Assembly: GCA_002269645.1 (NCBI GenBank)
Contig: NIVC01003003.1
Coordinates: 1 to 64,000 of the forward strand
DNA: 64,000 bases
Source: Macrostomum lignano
Lineage: Eukaryota
Reading direction: 5' to 3'
Shown here: positions 13,160 through 25,968 of the stretch, in pieces
How positions within the stretch are numbered: the stretch's first letter is position 1
How the letters are laid out: each line of letters opens with the position of its first letter
Notes under the pieces: model-generated
What the model saw: only the letters and a program-made list of their open reading frames with translations
Told to the model about the DNA's origin: nothing
Databases searched by the model: none
Translations under genes and position numbers: made by a program

Positions 13160-14800
13160 TTTATGCAACCCAAAAGGTCATTATTTATTGTTGCAATATA
13201 AAAAGGCCATGTATTGTTGTAACACTAATAGATCTATACTCTTAAAGATGTTTTTAAGAGAAAATTCTTGCATGCAACAAGTACTGCTTGCACAGTGTAT
13301 AGCAAGGAGTTAGCAAAGTTCTTTTGGCATGCTTCATTTTAATATAATTTTAAAACATGATGTGACACTTATTTTTTTGAAGCAAGTATTGCATATAAAT
13401 TTAAGACATAGATAATTTAATAACTGAAAAGCAATTGAATATATTTAGGTTAAAAACAGGAGAACATTTCCTTGAACATTGTTTATCTGTAATCTCACAA
13501 AATTCAAAATGCAAAAAACTAAAGTTGCAATGCAAAGAGGTTTTTTTTATAGTTGTAACACAAAAAGTCCTCTATTTTTGCCCCAACTTCTGACATCCCT
13601 CCTTCTTGGTCCATTGGCCTACCTACACTTGGAGTGGATCCAACTCTCCTACATGCAGCATGCAAAGCAAAAAAATCTTATATGCATAGTATATACTTGG
13701 GATTATAGATATAGATTTGAGTGTAAACATATACTTAATTTTTTGGTATGCATTTGTAATTATTTAATTTTTGTTTAGGCATACATCCAGCATGCTATAG
13801 TCCAGAATATGGCCTTTATGCTAGAAAATTCAAGCATATTTTTGCTCTTGCTGACAATATGGCATAAAATTGGCATATAGAATTTTCAGGTTCAATATGA
13901 AAGTTCACAGTTGGTGTACGTGTACAAAAAATAGCTGAGTTCAAGGCTAATGTAATTGTGTAATTAAAAAATATATAAAAGTAAAAGTTTTTTAATTTTA
14001 TGTTTAACATGAATTTTCATTTCAGCATATGCCTGCCTTTATGCTAGAATTTTCAGGCATATTTTTGCTATCGCTGACAATCATGGCGTACACTTAGCAT
14101 ATGGAATTTTCAGGTTCAACATGAAATATACACAGTTGGCTTAAAAAATAGTCAAGTTCAAAGCTAGTATAATTATGTAAAACTTTAAAAGTTATAAAAA
14201 TAAATTCTTAAAAAACTGGCACATAAACAATTTTGAACTTGATTTAAAAAAATTTACATGAATTTTCATTCTAGCATATGCTTGCCATGTTCCAGACTAT
14301 GGTGGCCAGCATGTTCTAGACTATAGCATAAGCTAAAAAAATTGCTAAGCCTATTATATATAGGGTTAAAGTTAGAGATATATATATCATAGTCCAGATC
14401 ATGCTAGGTACATGCCCAAACAAAAATTAATAATTACAAATGTATGCCAAGAAAATTGAATACATACTTATTCCTAAGACTCCACTGGTGTTGCAACAAT
14501 AAATGACCTTTTTTATTGCATAATAGACACTTTTGACAAAACTTTTGGTTAGTTTTTCTGCTTTTTGGGTGATAATATTTATAGTAGAAAATTGATACAA
14601 GCAAAGAATTGTTTAAATACCTTATTAAAAGCTTAAAAACCTAGAAAGTGGGAAATTAAAGCTTAAAAATAAACTTTTTTCATTTATTTTCTACTTTAAA
14701 ATAACTCTTGCATGATTCTATAAAGTGCATGCCAAGTGTATTTTCTTAGGAGTGATGCACACCAACTGTACAAGCCTACTTTTGGCATATAAGGCCAATG
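13160..14800. repeat. Degenerate inverted and direct repeats in a very AT-rich block (possible decayed foldback element)
   Basis: 13738-13795 matches the reverse complement of ~14395-14460; 13160-13215 matches the reverse complement of ~14480-14530; diverged tandem copies start at ~13816 and ~14038. Confidence 0.5.
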
Positions 14801-16169
14801 CACGCTCAAACTTTTGGGCATATACTACATGATCCAGAGTATGATATATATAGGCCTATATATATAACTTGGCCACTATGTAAATTAATAGGACATTATT
14901 GGCATGGTATTGTATAGATAATATTGTCATTATTGGCATAGCTATTAAAAGTCAGCATGATTTAACATATCTAAATTCCAAAAAAAACATTTCATGCAAA
15001 TTGCAATTTCTAGCTCAATTTTTATCAATTAAATTGCTATATTATTTTAGTTTTATCTTTTGTTTGAAGATACAAAAAATGTCTTACATTAGTCTAGGCC
15101 CCTGGCCCTAGCAAAGTGAAAGATACAAAGTTCTTAAATTTTAGGCCTATATATTATTATATATATATTAGGCATATATAATATATGATACCAAAATTAA
15201 TGAATAGTGAATACTAAACTAGAATGAATCTAGTTCTAACTTTTGAGTCTCATAATATTGTATTAAAATGAAAAAGCGAATTATCTATATAGTCAAATAT
15301 ACTAAAATTGTGTCATCATTGACTATAATAAAAAATGTCTATCATTATCGAGCTAAAAACTAAACTTAGAATTAGAAAACCTAAACAGGTTGAATAATTT
15401 CAAAAAGGGAATAAAAAAAGGAAGAACAAAAATAAAAACACCCACTACATGTTTCATGTACGAATAGTATATTTTATATAAAATGACAAAATTATTTAAT
15501 GTACTATTACATTATCATCACCACTCAATCCTTCCATTACCTATTTTTAGTGTCGTGAAAGAAAGACATTAACAGTACATTAAAACTTCTGACGAGTGAT
15601 TAAGTATATAAATTAGCAGGTAATGACAACTACCGAGTTTTATAACGAAAAAGGAGAAAATCAATTCCGTATTAACTAATCTGAATTTTCTATAATGATA
15701 TACGATGCCTTGCCTTGCTTGCTTGCAGAACGCAGAAGTCAAGAATAAATAAACAGTCACAAAGTTTTTTCTGCAATGCTCAAAGCAAAACACTTTTTTA
15801 CCAGTTAATAAAAAAAATTGCTACTTCGTTTTAAAAAACTAAAAAATAAAAAATTTACTTAATATAAATTTTACTTTTCTATTTCTTTGCTTAAAATTTG
15901 ATTCCTTTTGTTTTAACTATTATTTAAACCTATATTATACGGCTTTCCGGCTCGTGTCGAGTGTATCAACGAGCTGAGACATTCTAAATTGTTTTTGTAC
16001 CTCAAAACGAGACAGCCGCTTCTTTTGCACTATTGCTGCAGCCAAAGACCATACAATGTAAAGGCTGCACTCATTATGAAAAAGAAGCCTACACTTAAAG
16101 TATCAAACATGAGGTCGAAGCGCGTGCTTTTATACAAAATTTTGGCCACGGACAAAACACGACACCGTG

Positions 16170-16507
16170 CCCGTACAACAATCCGACGTATCTGACCGAC
16201 GTCGTACGACGTCTATGTAACATTACGTGTTTCCTATTGGTCGGACGTCGGGCTGACGTCGAAGTCGTAGTCGAAAAATTAAATTCGCCTTAATTCACGT
16301 TATTCGCCTTAAATAATTAAATTAAGCATAACAGTATTGCTTGCCAGTTCATCCCGCGAAAATAAATGTTAAAGCGGCGCGAAATAAATTTTTGGACTAC
16401 GACTTCGACGTCGGCCCGACGTCCGACCAATAGGAAACACGTAATGTTACATAGACGTCGTACGACGTCGGTTCAGAGGTCGGTGCGACGTCGGATTGTT
16501 GTACGGG
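16170..16507. mobile_element. Palindromic MITE/foldback element (~338 bp)
   Basis: Arms CCCGTACAACAATCCGACG... and ...CGTCGGATTGTTGTACGGG are reverse complements for over 100 bp; GTG flanks both ends (putative 3-bp TSD). Confidence 0.75.
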
Positions 16508-17575
16508 GTGGGAGCTTGAAAATCGGCTTCAAGAGTTTGCACTTCCTTTATTGTCGTTAATAGCACTACACATGCAGATCTCGTTTCTCCTTGGTTTCAA
16601 GCAATCGCTTTAGCGTCTGAATAGTCTTATCGCAGATAAAAATTTTCTTTGAGTTGGAGTTGGAAATTGAAGTATCTGAGTGGTAAAATTCTGGATCCGT
16701 GCTTGATTTTAAAAATACTCGTAGCTTTTTAAGGTCTCTTCAGGTCATGAAACTCTGTGGTCCTATAGCTTTTAAAAGTTTTCATGTGAGATATTCCTTA
16801 AGAGTAGTCATTTGTATTTTAGGAATGTTTAGAAAGGCATTGTTTTTTATCATTCAAGGAATACAGTATATTACAAGAATAAGAATATAATTTTTTTCTC
16901 ATGAAAATTATCATTCATAAAAATATGATAAACCAACACTTTACGAGTATAAGTAGCTAGAATATTTTTCGCAATTTTACTAGAGCATTTAAAGACCCAT
17001 ATGAAGTAGAAGCGACAGTCGTGGACTACATTGGATGCAACAATACTTCAAGGAAAATATAGCTTTGGTGAGCAAATACGAGTATAGTTAGTAATCGTAA
17101 TCGTAGCAAAATTAAAGAAATCGTAATCGTGATCGTAATCGTAGCAAAATTAAAGAAAAACATTTTATAATATAAAACAAATTTCCCAGAGAAATAATAC
17201 TTGATTGAATGCGCGAATTCTGTGACTCACTGGAGTCACTGCAGGCAATGCAAGTAGAAAATAGAATTCACGGATGTACATGCACGCTTATACAATTAAA
17301 AGCGATATTCATCGGCGGAATAAAAAGTTTTGAAAAATGGCAATTTCTATATAAATTTAGACTAAGCTAAAAATTATGCACACAGATAGTCTTGGTTGCA
17401 GTCTGAGCACAGTTTCATTGAAACAAAGAAACTCAAAATTAACTATTATAAGGCTACAGTACGTAATGAGTACAAACCAGGCTGTTAAAAGCGCATTATC
17501 TTAATACGGATACTAATAAAGTGAAAATTCTGGCACATAATTTTTCTAAAAGTACATTGACCCAACCAGTACTTT

Positions 17576-17800
17576 TCAGTGACAGTTTTGGCACTCTGGA
17601 TGGCACAGCCGTCCATTCAAGCGACACTTGCAGCCTCCGGAGGTGTCGCCTTTGCCGCCTGGGCCCCACCTGGGTCCCCGGGTAGCCCAGCAGATCTCGG
17701 TTTGGCACATCGAACAGGCCAGCCAGTCGCATCCCTCCTTCTTCTGCAGGAACACCTGGCAGTTCGGGCAGTTCATTGCCTCGCCGGATTTCACCATTTT
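17576..17800 (-). CDS. RBCK1: HOIL-1L/RBCK1 homolog, last exon (RING2 plus C-terminal Zn site)
   Basis: [54 protein letters not shown]...CHPECQNCH* closely matches the HOIL-1 C-terminus; catalytic Cys in GCDW present; phase-0 acceptor. Confidence 0.95.
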   Translation of the reverse strand, partial: KMVKSGEAMNCPNCQVFLQKKEGCDWLACSMCQTEICWATRGPRWGPGGKGDTSGGCKCRLNGRLCHPECQNCH

Positions 17801-17877
17801 CTGCGGTGAATAAAAGCAATTGCTTTGTGTTGCTTTCATTAGACGAGTCTGAGCCCCGCCATGCGGCACCCGCTGAG

Positions 17878-18620
17878 CCGATCACTAATCTGCCTCATCT
17901 CATCTCACTAATCCTATCAGTTTTATCACACTAATCCGCCTCAGTCCCTCATCACTAATCCGCCTCAGTCCCCTATCACTAATCTGCCTCAGTCCCCTAT
18001 CACTAATCTGCCTCAGTCCCCTATCACTAATCCGCCTCAGTCCCCTATCACTAATCCGCCTCAGGCCCGTATCACTAATCTGCCTCAGTCCCCTATCACT
18101 AATCTGCCTCAGTCCCCTATCACTAATCCGCCTCAGGCCCGTATCACTAATCCGCCTCAGGCCCGTATCACTAATCCGCATCAGTCCCCTATCACCAATC
18201 CATTTCAGGCTTCTAGCTATTGCACTAATCCGTTTCAGGCTCCTATCACTAATCCGCCTCAGTCCCCTATCACTAATCCGCCTCAGGCCCCTATCACTAA
18301 TCCGCCTCAGGCCCCTATCACTAATCCGCCTCAGTCCCCTATCACTAATCCGCCTCAGGCCCCTATCACTAATCCGCCTCAGTCCCATATCACTAATCCG
18401 CCTCAGTCTCATATAACTAATCCGCCTCAGGCCCCTATCACTAATCCGCCTCAGTCCCCTATCACTAATCCGCCTCAGGCCCCTATCACTAATCCGCCCC
18501 AGGCCCCTATCACTAATCCGCCTCAGGCCCCTATCACTAATCCGCCTCAGGTCCCTATCACTAATCCGCCTCAGGCCCCTATCACTTATCCGCCTCAGGC
18601 CCCTATCACTAATCCACCTC
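17878..18620. repeat. 24-bp minisatellite filling the last RBCK1 intron
   Basis: Unit CACTAATCCGCCTCAGKCCCCTAT. Confidence 0.95.
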
Positions 18621-18651
18621 AGGCCCCTGTCCCAGCCGCAGCAGCGCTCAC

Positions 18652-19197
18652 CTCCAGGTGCGTCAGATTGAGCTGGGCCTCCTTATTATTCTTAGCGTCA
18701 ATCCTCAGCTGGTTCTGGTATCGCCGACAGCTGACGCCCGGATGCGAGGCCCGACACGTGACGCAGTTGTGCAGGCCGCACAGCATGCACTCGAAGCTGT
18801 TAACATCTTCGGCCAGCTCAACGAAGGCGTCGCAGTTAGGCGCCACGCAGTGGAACGTGTTGGGTATGACAGCTTCGGCTTGTCGAAGGCCCAACCGTTG
18901 CAACCGGTCGAATTCTTGACTGGTTAGCAACTGGTTGGCCTCCGAATCGGTCACCGTCTGCTGGCACTGATCGTGCGGACAGCGGACTGGCATGGAGTCG
19001 GCGTGGAGCAGGTGCTGGCGCAGGCACTCTCGGCACACCTCGTGGCCGCAGTCGCGCAATTGAATGCCGTCCGCATCGCACTCTGCCGATACGTCCGTGA
19101 TGCAGATCGGGCATTCGAAATCTTGCTTGGCCGGAATTAATGAACAGTTTGCCAAGGCCAGGTGCGCACTGAGATTGCGACTGCGCTGGCGCTCTTG
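18652..19197 (-). CDS. RBCK1: RBCK1 homolog, RING1-IBR exon
   Basis: CACAG|CAA acceptor and GAG|GTGAGC donor, both phase 0; FECPIC...LRDCGHEVCRECL...CPHDQC and FHCVAPNC...CMLCGLHNCVTCRASH motifs. Confidence 0.93.
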
Positions 19198-19371
19198 CTG
19201 TGTTTGGTAATGCATGATGAGTGTTGGCATTGTTGTTGGCATTTGCTGTTTGACAGAGTGCAACGGTAATATAAATCTTTATTACATGGCATTGTGTGAT
19301 ATAGCAAAGCCACATTGCTGGCTTTGAGTCAAGCGTGTTGAATTTGCCTAATTTTTTGCCTAATTTGCCAC

Positions 19372-19800
19372 ATTGTGTCACTGATGAAACTGAGCCTCAA
19401 AATGTGTCACTGATAAAACTGAGCCTCAAATTGTGTCACTAATGAAAGTGAGCCTCAAAATGTGTCACTAATTCATTGTGCCTCAAATTGCGTCACTGAT
19501 AAAAACTGAGCCTCAAATTGTGTCACTGATGAAAGTGAGCCTCAAAATGTGTCACTAATTCATTGTGCCTCAAATTGCGTCACTGATAAAAACTGAGCCT
19601 CAAATTGTGTCACTGATGAAAGTGAGCCTCAAAATGTGTCACTAATTCATTGTGCCTCAAATTGCGTCACTGATAAAAACTGAGCCTCAAATTGTGTCAC
19701 TGATGAAAGTGAGCCTCAAAATGTGTCACTAATTCATTGTGCCTCAAATTGCGTCACTGATAAAAACTGAGACTCAAATTGTGTCACTGGTGAACTGAGC
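19372..19800. repeat. ~29-bp minisatellite with an 87-bp three-unit higher-order repeat
   Basis: TGTGTCACTAATTCATT recurs at 19461, 19548 and 19635. Confidence 0.9.
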
Positions 19801-20694
19801 TAATGAGTTTACAAATGAACTAAACTGATCTTGATTTGTCATCGAGGGACTGACTGAGCTTCACTATCAGTGAACGGGTCGTTAAATGACCTACTTGAAA
19901 AGCAATTGTTTTCAACAGGACTTTGTCTTTATCATGACTTCTGCATCATGTGCTTCTGTAATCTATAGCCCTTTAAAACTGAAATAGCAAGCCCTCGCGA
20001 GAATCGTTTAGACTGAGTTAAACATGAGTTGCTCATTGCCCAGAATTCGAAAAAACGTGATTATTGGTTTATAATTCTTATAACAGTCGTTTGAATGTCG
20101 TGTATTCGCAGTTAGGGTTAAAGGTGTTGTTAAAGATTATAGCTGGTGAAAAAGCAATATTTGTTCCAAAGTCTTTCAGACCAAAAATGGCGCTTATAAA
20201 TAAAATATATTTGTAAGCGAATTAATGCATACTGTATAAGCTGTCAAGTGTTGAACCGAAAACAAATAAATTAGAGCAACAGCAACAAAAAGAGAGTTTA
20301 TGGTTGCTTAATGTCTACAAAGTTTAGAGACAAATGTCGGGGCGGGGCATATTTTCATGCAAAATGCAAAAACAATCAGCTTAAATCTAATTATTTGCCA
20401 ATATAGCTGTTTTATTACCAATTTAAGCCAACTCACTGGTCACAGCAGAGGGAATACATCAAAATTGATACATCAAAACAGAATAATTTCTGTACACGAG
20501 TAGTGGCTCGTATATTAACAAATGCGATGCTTGCTGTTTAAGGCTTCGCGAGGCGAATTTGCTCGACACGAGAGGAAAAATGGAGGGGGCTGGCACAATC
20601 AGCTGTGGGATAATCCGGTAAGAATATGCACACTGAAATATAAGGACTGTATTTGCAAAACAGGACTTTATTATATCTATTTTACATATCAATA

Positions 20695-21648
20695 TCTATG
20701 ATGCGGGGCCCAGACATCTCACATCTATCTATGATGCTGGGGCCAGCCAGACATCTCACCCCTATCTATGATGCGGGGCCCAGACATCTCACATCTATCT
20801 ATGATGCGGGGCCCAGACATCTCACCCCTATCTATGATGCAGGGCCCAGACATCTCACATCTATCTATGATGCGGGGCCCAGACATCTCACCCCAATCTA
20901 TGATGCAGGGCCCAGACATCTCACCCCTATCTATGATGCAGGGCCCAGACATCTCACATCTATCTATGATGCAGGGGCCAGCCAGACATCTCACCCCTAT
21001 CTATGATGCAGGGGCCAGCCAGACATCTCACCCCTATCTATGATGCAGGGGCCAGACATCTCACATCTATCTATGATGCAGGGGCCAGCCAGACATCTCA
21101 CCCCTATCTATGATGCAGGGGCCAGCCAGACATCTCACCCCTATCTATGATGCAGGGCCCAGACATCTCACATCTATCTATGATGCAGGGGCCAGCCAGA
21201 CATCTCACCCCTATCTATGATGCAGGGGCCAGCCAGACAACTCACCCCTATCTATGATGCAGGGGCCAGACATCTCACATCTATCTATGATGCAGGGGCC
21301 AGCCAGACATCTCACCCCTATCTATGATGCAGGGGCCAGCCAGACATCTCACCCCTATCTATGATGCAGGGCCCAGACATCTCACATCTATCTATGATGC
21401 AGGGGCCAGCCAGACATCTCACCCCTATCTATGATGCAGGGCATAGACATCTCACCCCTATCTATGATGCAGGGCATAGACATCTGACCCCAATATCTAT
21501 GATGCAGGGCATAGACATCTGACCCCAATATCTATGATGCAGGGCATAGACATCTGACCCCAATATCTATGATGCAGGGCATAGACATCTGACCCCAATA
21601 TCTATGATGCAGGGCATAAACATCTGACCCCAATATCTATGACATAGA
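20695..21648. repeat. ~33-38-bp minisatellite in an RBCK1 intron
   Basis: Unit CTATCTATGATGCAGGGGCCAGCCAGACATCTCACCC and shorter variants. Confidence 0.95.
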
Positions 21649-21951
21649 CATGTCACCTCAATATATGTAATGTAGGATTTATACACCTCACCCTGCCCTT
21701 CAAATTTACAAGCAACCAAGGAAACATATAGATGTAAAAAGACATATAGTCTGGGAAGCAAAACAGATAAGCATGATTAGCACAAAAGTTAAGGTCGATT
21801 TTTCTAACCGACAATAAAAACAATAAAGGCAGTAGTACTAATAGCATATTAGGATAAAAATTTACAACGAACCCAAAAGACTTTGGCGCCAATATATAAA
21901 AACAAAATGAAAGTCTAGAAGAAATTAAAATGAAACACAAAAAAACTAAAG

Positions 21952-23325
21952 TTAACCGTCACTGCCATGCCTCTTTATAAGATGTTGAAGCCGCTCTTGA
22001 TCGGCTTTGTTTCGAATAGCCATAGATCTGGCGCGAAGAGCGTCCATTGCTCGGTCAAAAAATGCATCCTCATCGTCTTCTTTGTCTTCTTCTGCTAGTT
22101 GTGCTGCTTCTGCAGGACCGGAAGCAACGCTGGCATAGAGTTCACTCTCATCTTTGCTGCCCTGTTCATCCGTTTCCACAGGCGGGCTGGCCGTTTTGCC
22201 AGCTCCGAATTGAATGACCCGGCGCGGCTTGGGCTCGATTCGAATCGGCTTCCAGACTGGCGGCGGCGACGGCGAGTTCGAAGCCGGCCTAGCGCGATCA
22301 ATCGTCGGCTTCGGTGGCTTCGGCGGAGGCGGCGGCGGCGGCGGACGAGGCAGTCCGCCGGTACTTGGCAACCGATTTATTGTTGGCGGAGGCGGCTGCG
22401 GCGGCGGCTTCGACGGCGGCAACGGTTTTTGGCGCAGATTCTGACGCAAGGATGCCAGAATGGAACTGGCAGATGGCAGATTCTGACGCTTTTTTGGCAG
22501 TTTCGAACTGGCAGACGACAGATTCTGACTCTGGGTTGGCAGAATCGAACTGGCAGACGGTAGATTTTGATGCTGGGTTGGCAGTTTCGAACTTGCAGAT
22601 GGTAGATTCTGACGCTGGGTTGGCAGATTCGAACTTGCAGACGACAGATTCTGACTCTGGGTTGACAGATTCGAACTTGCAGACGGTAGATTCTGACGCT
22701 GGGTTGGCATATTCGAACTTGCAGACGGCAGATTCTGACTCTGGGTTGGCAGATTCGAACTGGCAGACGGCAGATTCTGACTCTGGGTTGGCAGATTCGA
22801 ACTGGCAGACGGCAGATTCTGACTCTGGGTTGGCAGATTCGACAAATTTTTATTGCAACGAGGCGGCAGTCGTGGAAGTGCAGTTTTCCCCGACGGCAAC
22901 GAAGGCAGCGGCCTCATTGATCTGGCTCTGTCGCGGCTTTGTGCGTCTTTGCTCTGCTGCTGCTGCTGCTGTTGTTGTTGTTGATGCCGGCCCCGCTGGG
23001 TCACCTGGTCAATGGGCCTACGGGAACGGTCTGACTGCAACATGGCACAGCCAGCCGTCAATGCCCCGCTCACCATAGGACAGGGGCCTTGCACCACCGC
23101 GTCGCCGCGTGAGTGTGCAGAGGGCATGTCGGTGAGCCTGCCACCAGGTCCACCAGGGTCAACCCCAGCAGAGGGGCCGGAATTCCAGCTTTCGTGTCCG
23201 TGGCCAACGGACCTTCCACCCCACGCCTGACAGTCCAGCACTGGCGGCCAGCCCCGATGGGGTCTAGCCAGTGTCTGGAGCTGCTCGGAGGCCTGCTGGA
23301 TGTGAGGCTGCTGCTGCTGCTGCTG
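21952..23325 (-). CDS. Large Gln/Pro-rich exon inside RBCK1, probably alternative; open to its own stop codon
   Basis: Strong acceptor TTTTTTTGTCTTTTAG, phase 0, in frame with the NZF exon; ~457 open codons with polyQ, 14-aa repeats, PPPPPPKPPKP and an acidic stretch; TAA at 21952; no phase-0 GT donor near its end. Confidence 0.65.
   Translation of the reverse strand, partial: QQQQQQPHIQQASEQLQTLARPHRGWPPVLDCQAWGGRSVGHGHESWNSGPSAGVDPGGPGGRLTDMPSAHSRGDAVVQGPCPMVSGALTAGCAMLQSDRSRRPIDQVTQRGRHQQQQQQQQQQSKDAQSRDRARSMRPLPSLPSGKTALPRLPPRCNKNLSNLPTQSQNLPSASSNLPTQSQNLPSASSNLPTQSQNLPSASSNMPTQRQNLPSASSNLSTQSQNLSSASSNLPTQRQNLPSASSKLPTQHQNLPSASSILPTQSQNLSSASSKLPKKRQNLPSASSILASLRQNLRQKPLPPSKPPPQPPPPTINRLPSTGGLPRPPPPPPPPKPPKPTIDRARPASNSPSPPPVWKPIRIEPKPRRVIQFGAGKTASPPVETDEQGSKDESELYASVASGPAEAAQLAEEDKEDDEDAFFDRAMDALRARSMAIRNKADQERLQHLIKRHGSDG
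22435..22842. repeat. 42-bp coding minisatellite (NLPSASSNLPTQSQ, ~9-10 copies)
   Basis: The in-frame 14-aa repeat is visible in ORF 21952..23241. Confidence 0.9.
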
Positions 23326-24127
23326 CTAAAAGACAAAAAAAGAAATTAACAAGAAAATGTGTTTCGTTTCAGCAACAATAGCAAAGTTGCTGTCGGATTA
23401 TATTGTTAAAATTTTAGATAGATAATTGAAATGGCCTATTGGAATCTGAGACTATTGCTGATAACTACTCATTAGCAGTAGTAGATTATTAATAGCAGTA
23501 TTGCAAAAGCGGCCAATTAGGCAAAGGATATTGTTATAAAACTTGTGTAGAACAACACGCAAATTCATTAAACTTTTAGCAAACAGAAGAAGCTGCACTT
23601 TAACTTGCCAGCCAGCAACCTATGAAAAGATTGCAGTTATTAGAGCTGTTATTAATTTGTAGAAAAAACATAAACAATATTAGTATACTGTACTCAGAAG
23701 CTTATCTGATAGTTAAAATTCTGTTAGATTCTTAGAAAGCTCAAGTGAACTCTCCAGTGCACTTGTACAGTGAAACAATTTTACTAATTTGTATGTAGAT
23801 GTCAAAATATACCAATCAATGGACATTTGAATGTCTATGAAGTTTCTATCCGTACCAATCACGTAAAAATCTGAATCTGAGCTTTTTATGCAGCTGACAT
23901 GAGTGGAAAATTTCAAAATTAAACATAATACCTTAATACCTCTAATCTACCCTTTACCCTTTATTGATGCTTTAAATAAAATATGGATTACAGAAACCAT
24001 GGAGCCTAAAAAAATAACATTTAGTTTGAAAAAAACAGGGTACCAATTTGGCAATCGGGGTCCAAATTCAGAAGGCCAAAACTACGTGTCATGACGTACA
24101 CTGCTAAAGAAACCTAGATCTGAACAC

Positions 24128-24937
24128 AGTGTCTCATATCAGTGTGAATGTCTCATATCAGTGTGAATGTCTCATATCAGTGTGAATGTCTCATATCAGT
24201 GTGAATGTGTCTCATATCAGTGTGAATGTGTCTCATATCAGTGTGAATGTGTCTCATATCAGTGTGAATGTGTCTCATATCAGTGTGAATGTGTCCCATA
24301 TCGGTGTGAATGTGTCTCATATCAGTGTGAATGTGTCCCATATCAGTGTGAATGTGTCTCATATCAGTGTGAATGTGTCCCATATCAGTGTGAATGTGTC
24401 TCATATCAGTGAATGTGTCCCATATCAGTGTGAATGTCTCATATCAGTGTGAATGTCTCATATCAGTGTGAATGTGTCTCATATCAGTGTGAATGTCTCA
24501 TATCAGTGTGAATGTCTCATAACAGTGTGAATGTCTCATATCAGTGTGAATGTCTCATATCAGTGTGAATGTCTCATATCAGTGTGAATGTCTCATATCA
24601 GTGTGAATGTCCCATATCAGTGTGAATGTCTCATATCAGTGTGAATACGTCCCATATCAGTGTGAATGTGTCTCATATCAGTGTGAATGTCTCATATCAG
24701 TGTGAATGTGTCTCATATCAGTGTGAATGTCGCACATTAGTGTGAATGTCTCATATCAGTGTGAATGTCTCATATCAGTGTGAATGTCCCATATCAGTGT
24801 GAATGTCTCATATCAATGTGAATGTCCCATATCAGTGTGAATGTCTCATATCAGTGTGAATGTCTCATATCAGTGTGAATGTCTCATATCAGTGTGAATG
24901 CGTCCCATATCAGTGTGAATGCGTCCCATATCAGTGT
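24128..24937. repeat. 19/21-bp minisatellite in an RBCK1 intron
   Basis: Unit GTCTCATATCAGTGTGAAT(GT). Confidence 0.95.
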
Positions 24938-24980
24938 AAACCAGGTCAATAATGAGTGAAAACTGAAAATCTTCACTCAC

Positions 24981-25139
24981 CTGCTCCAGAAACTCCCGCT
25001 CCAGCTGCAGCCGCCGCGCTTCATCTTCGGCTTCAACAACCGGTTCGTAGCCGGGTGGCGGCTCTCCTGAGCAAATCTCGCAGCCCAGCCGACTCGGCTT
25101 GTTGCGAAAAGTGCAAGTCGGACAGTCCCAGCCTGGCGG
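24981..25139 (-). CDS. RBCK1: RBCK1 homolog, NZF zinc-finger exon (not in the ORF track)
   Basis: PPGWDCPTCTFRNKPSRLGCEICSGEPPPGYEPVVEAEDEARRLQLEREFLEQ; TCACAG acceptor and CAG|GTGAGT donor, 159 nt, phase 0/0. Confidence 0.93.
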
Positions 25140-25249
25140 CTGTGAATTCGTTCAGATATGACGCTTGATTGCAGATTATCGATCGCTTTTATAAGTACAT
25201 TTTACATAATGGCAAAAGAGAAATAGCAATAGAGAAATGACAACCGAAT

Positions 25250-25889
25250 CCAGAGACATGGCAAATGGATTCTCAGAGACATGGCAACTGGATTCACAGA
25301 GACATGGCAAATGGATTCTCAGAGACATGGCAACTGGATTCACAGAGACATGGCAAATGGATTCTCAGAGACATGACAAATGGATTCTCAGAGACATGGC
25401 AAATGGATTCTCAGAGACATGGCAACTGGATTCACAGAGACATGGCAAATGGATTCTCAGAGACATGGCAACTGGATTCTCAGAGACACGGCAAATGTAA
25501 TCTCAGAGACATGGCAAATGGATTCTCAGAGACATGGCAACTGGATTCACAGAGACATGGCAAATGGATTCTCAGAGACATGGCAACTGGATTCTCAGAG
25601 ACATGGCAAATGGATTCTCAGAGACATGGCAAATGGATTCTCAGAGACATGGCAACTGGATTCTCAGAGACATGGCAACTGGATTCTCAGAGACATGGCA
25701 ACTGGATTCTCAGAGACATGGCAACTGGATTCTCAGAGACATGGCAACTGGATTCTCAGAGACATGGCAACTGGATTCTCAGAGACATGGCAACTGGATT
25801 CTCAGAGACATGGCAAATGGATTCTCAGAGACATGGCAACTGGATTCACAGAGACATGGCAAATGGATTCTCAGAGACATGGCAACTGG
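25250..25889. repeat. 23-bp minisatellite filling RBCK1 intron 1
   Basis: Unit GAGACATGGCAAMTGGATTCTCA. Confidence 0.95.
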
Positions 25890-25968
25890 ATTTTTAGAGG
25901 GTTAGGATTCCCTACAAAGAAAAGGAGAGAACAGTTCCAGCCACAATAGCACTCTGCAGGTCACTTAC

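Noticed and set aside
21692-21750. 59-nt candidate exon (YMSFYIYMFPWLLVNLKGR) that could bridge the large exon back to RING1
   Set aside because: Its splice sites and phases (1 in, 0 out) fit, but the peptide is AT-rich and unlike HOIL-1, and it needs a weak upstream donor. Kept only as the alternative to test.
22314-23078. 254-aa plus-strand ORF
   Set aside because: It is the antisense shadow of the GC-rich RBCK1 alternative exon and its 42-bp repeat.
23010-23110. Possible degenerate second NZF (GPCPMV...AGCAML) in the large exon
   Set aside because: It lacks the W-x-C-x2-C-T and N pattern and has only two Cys; not supportable.
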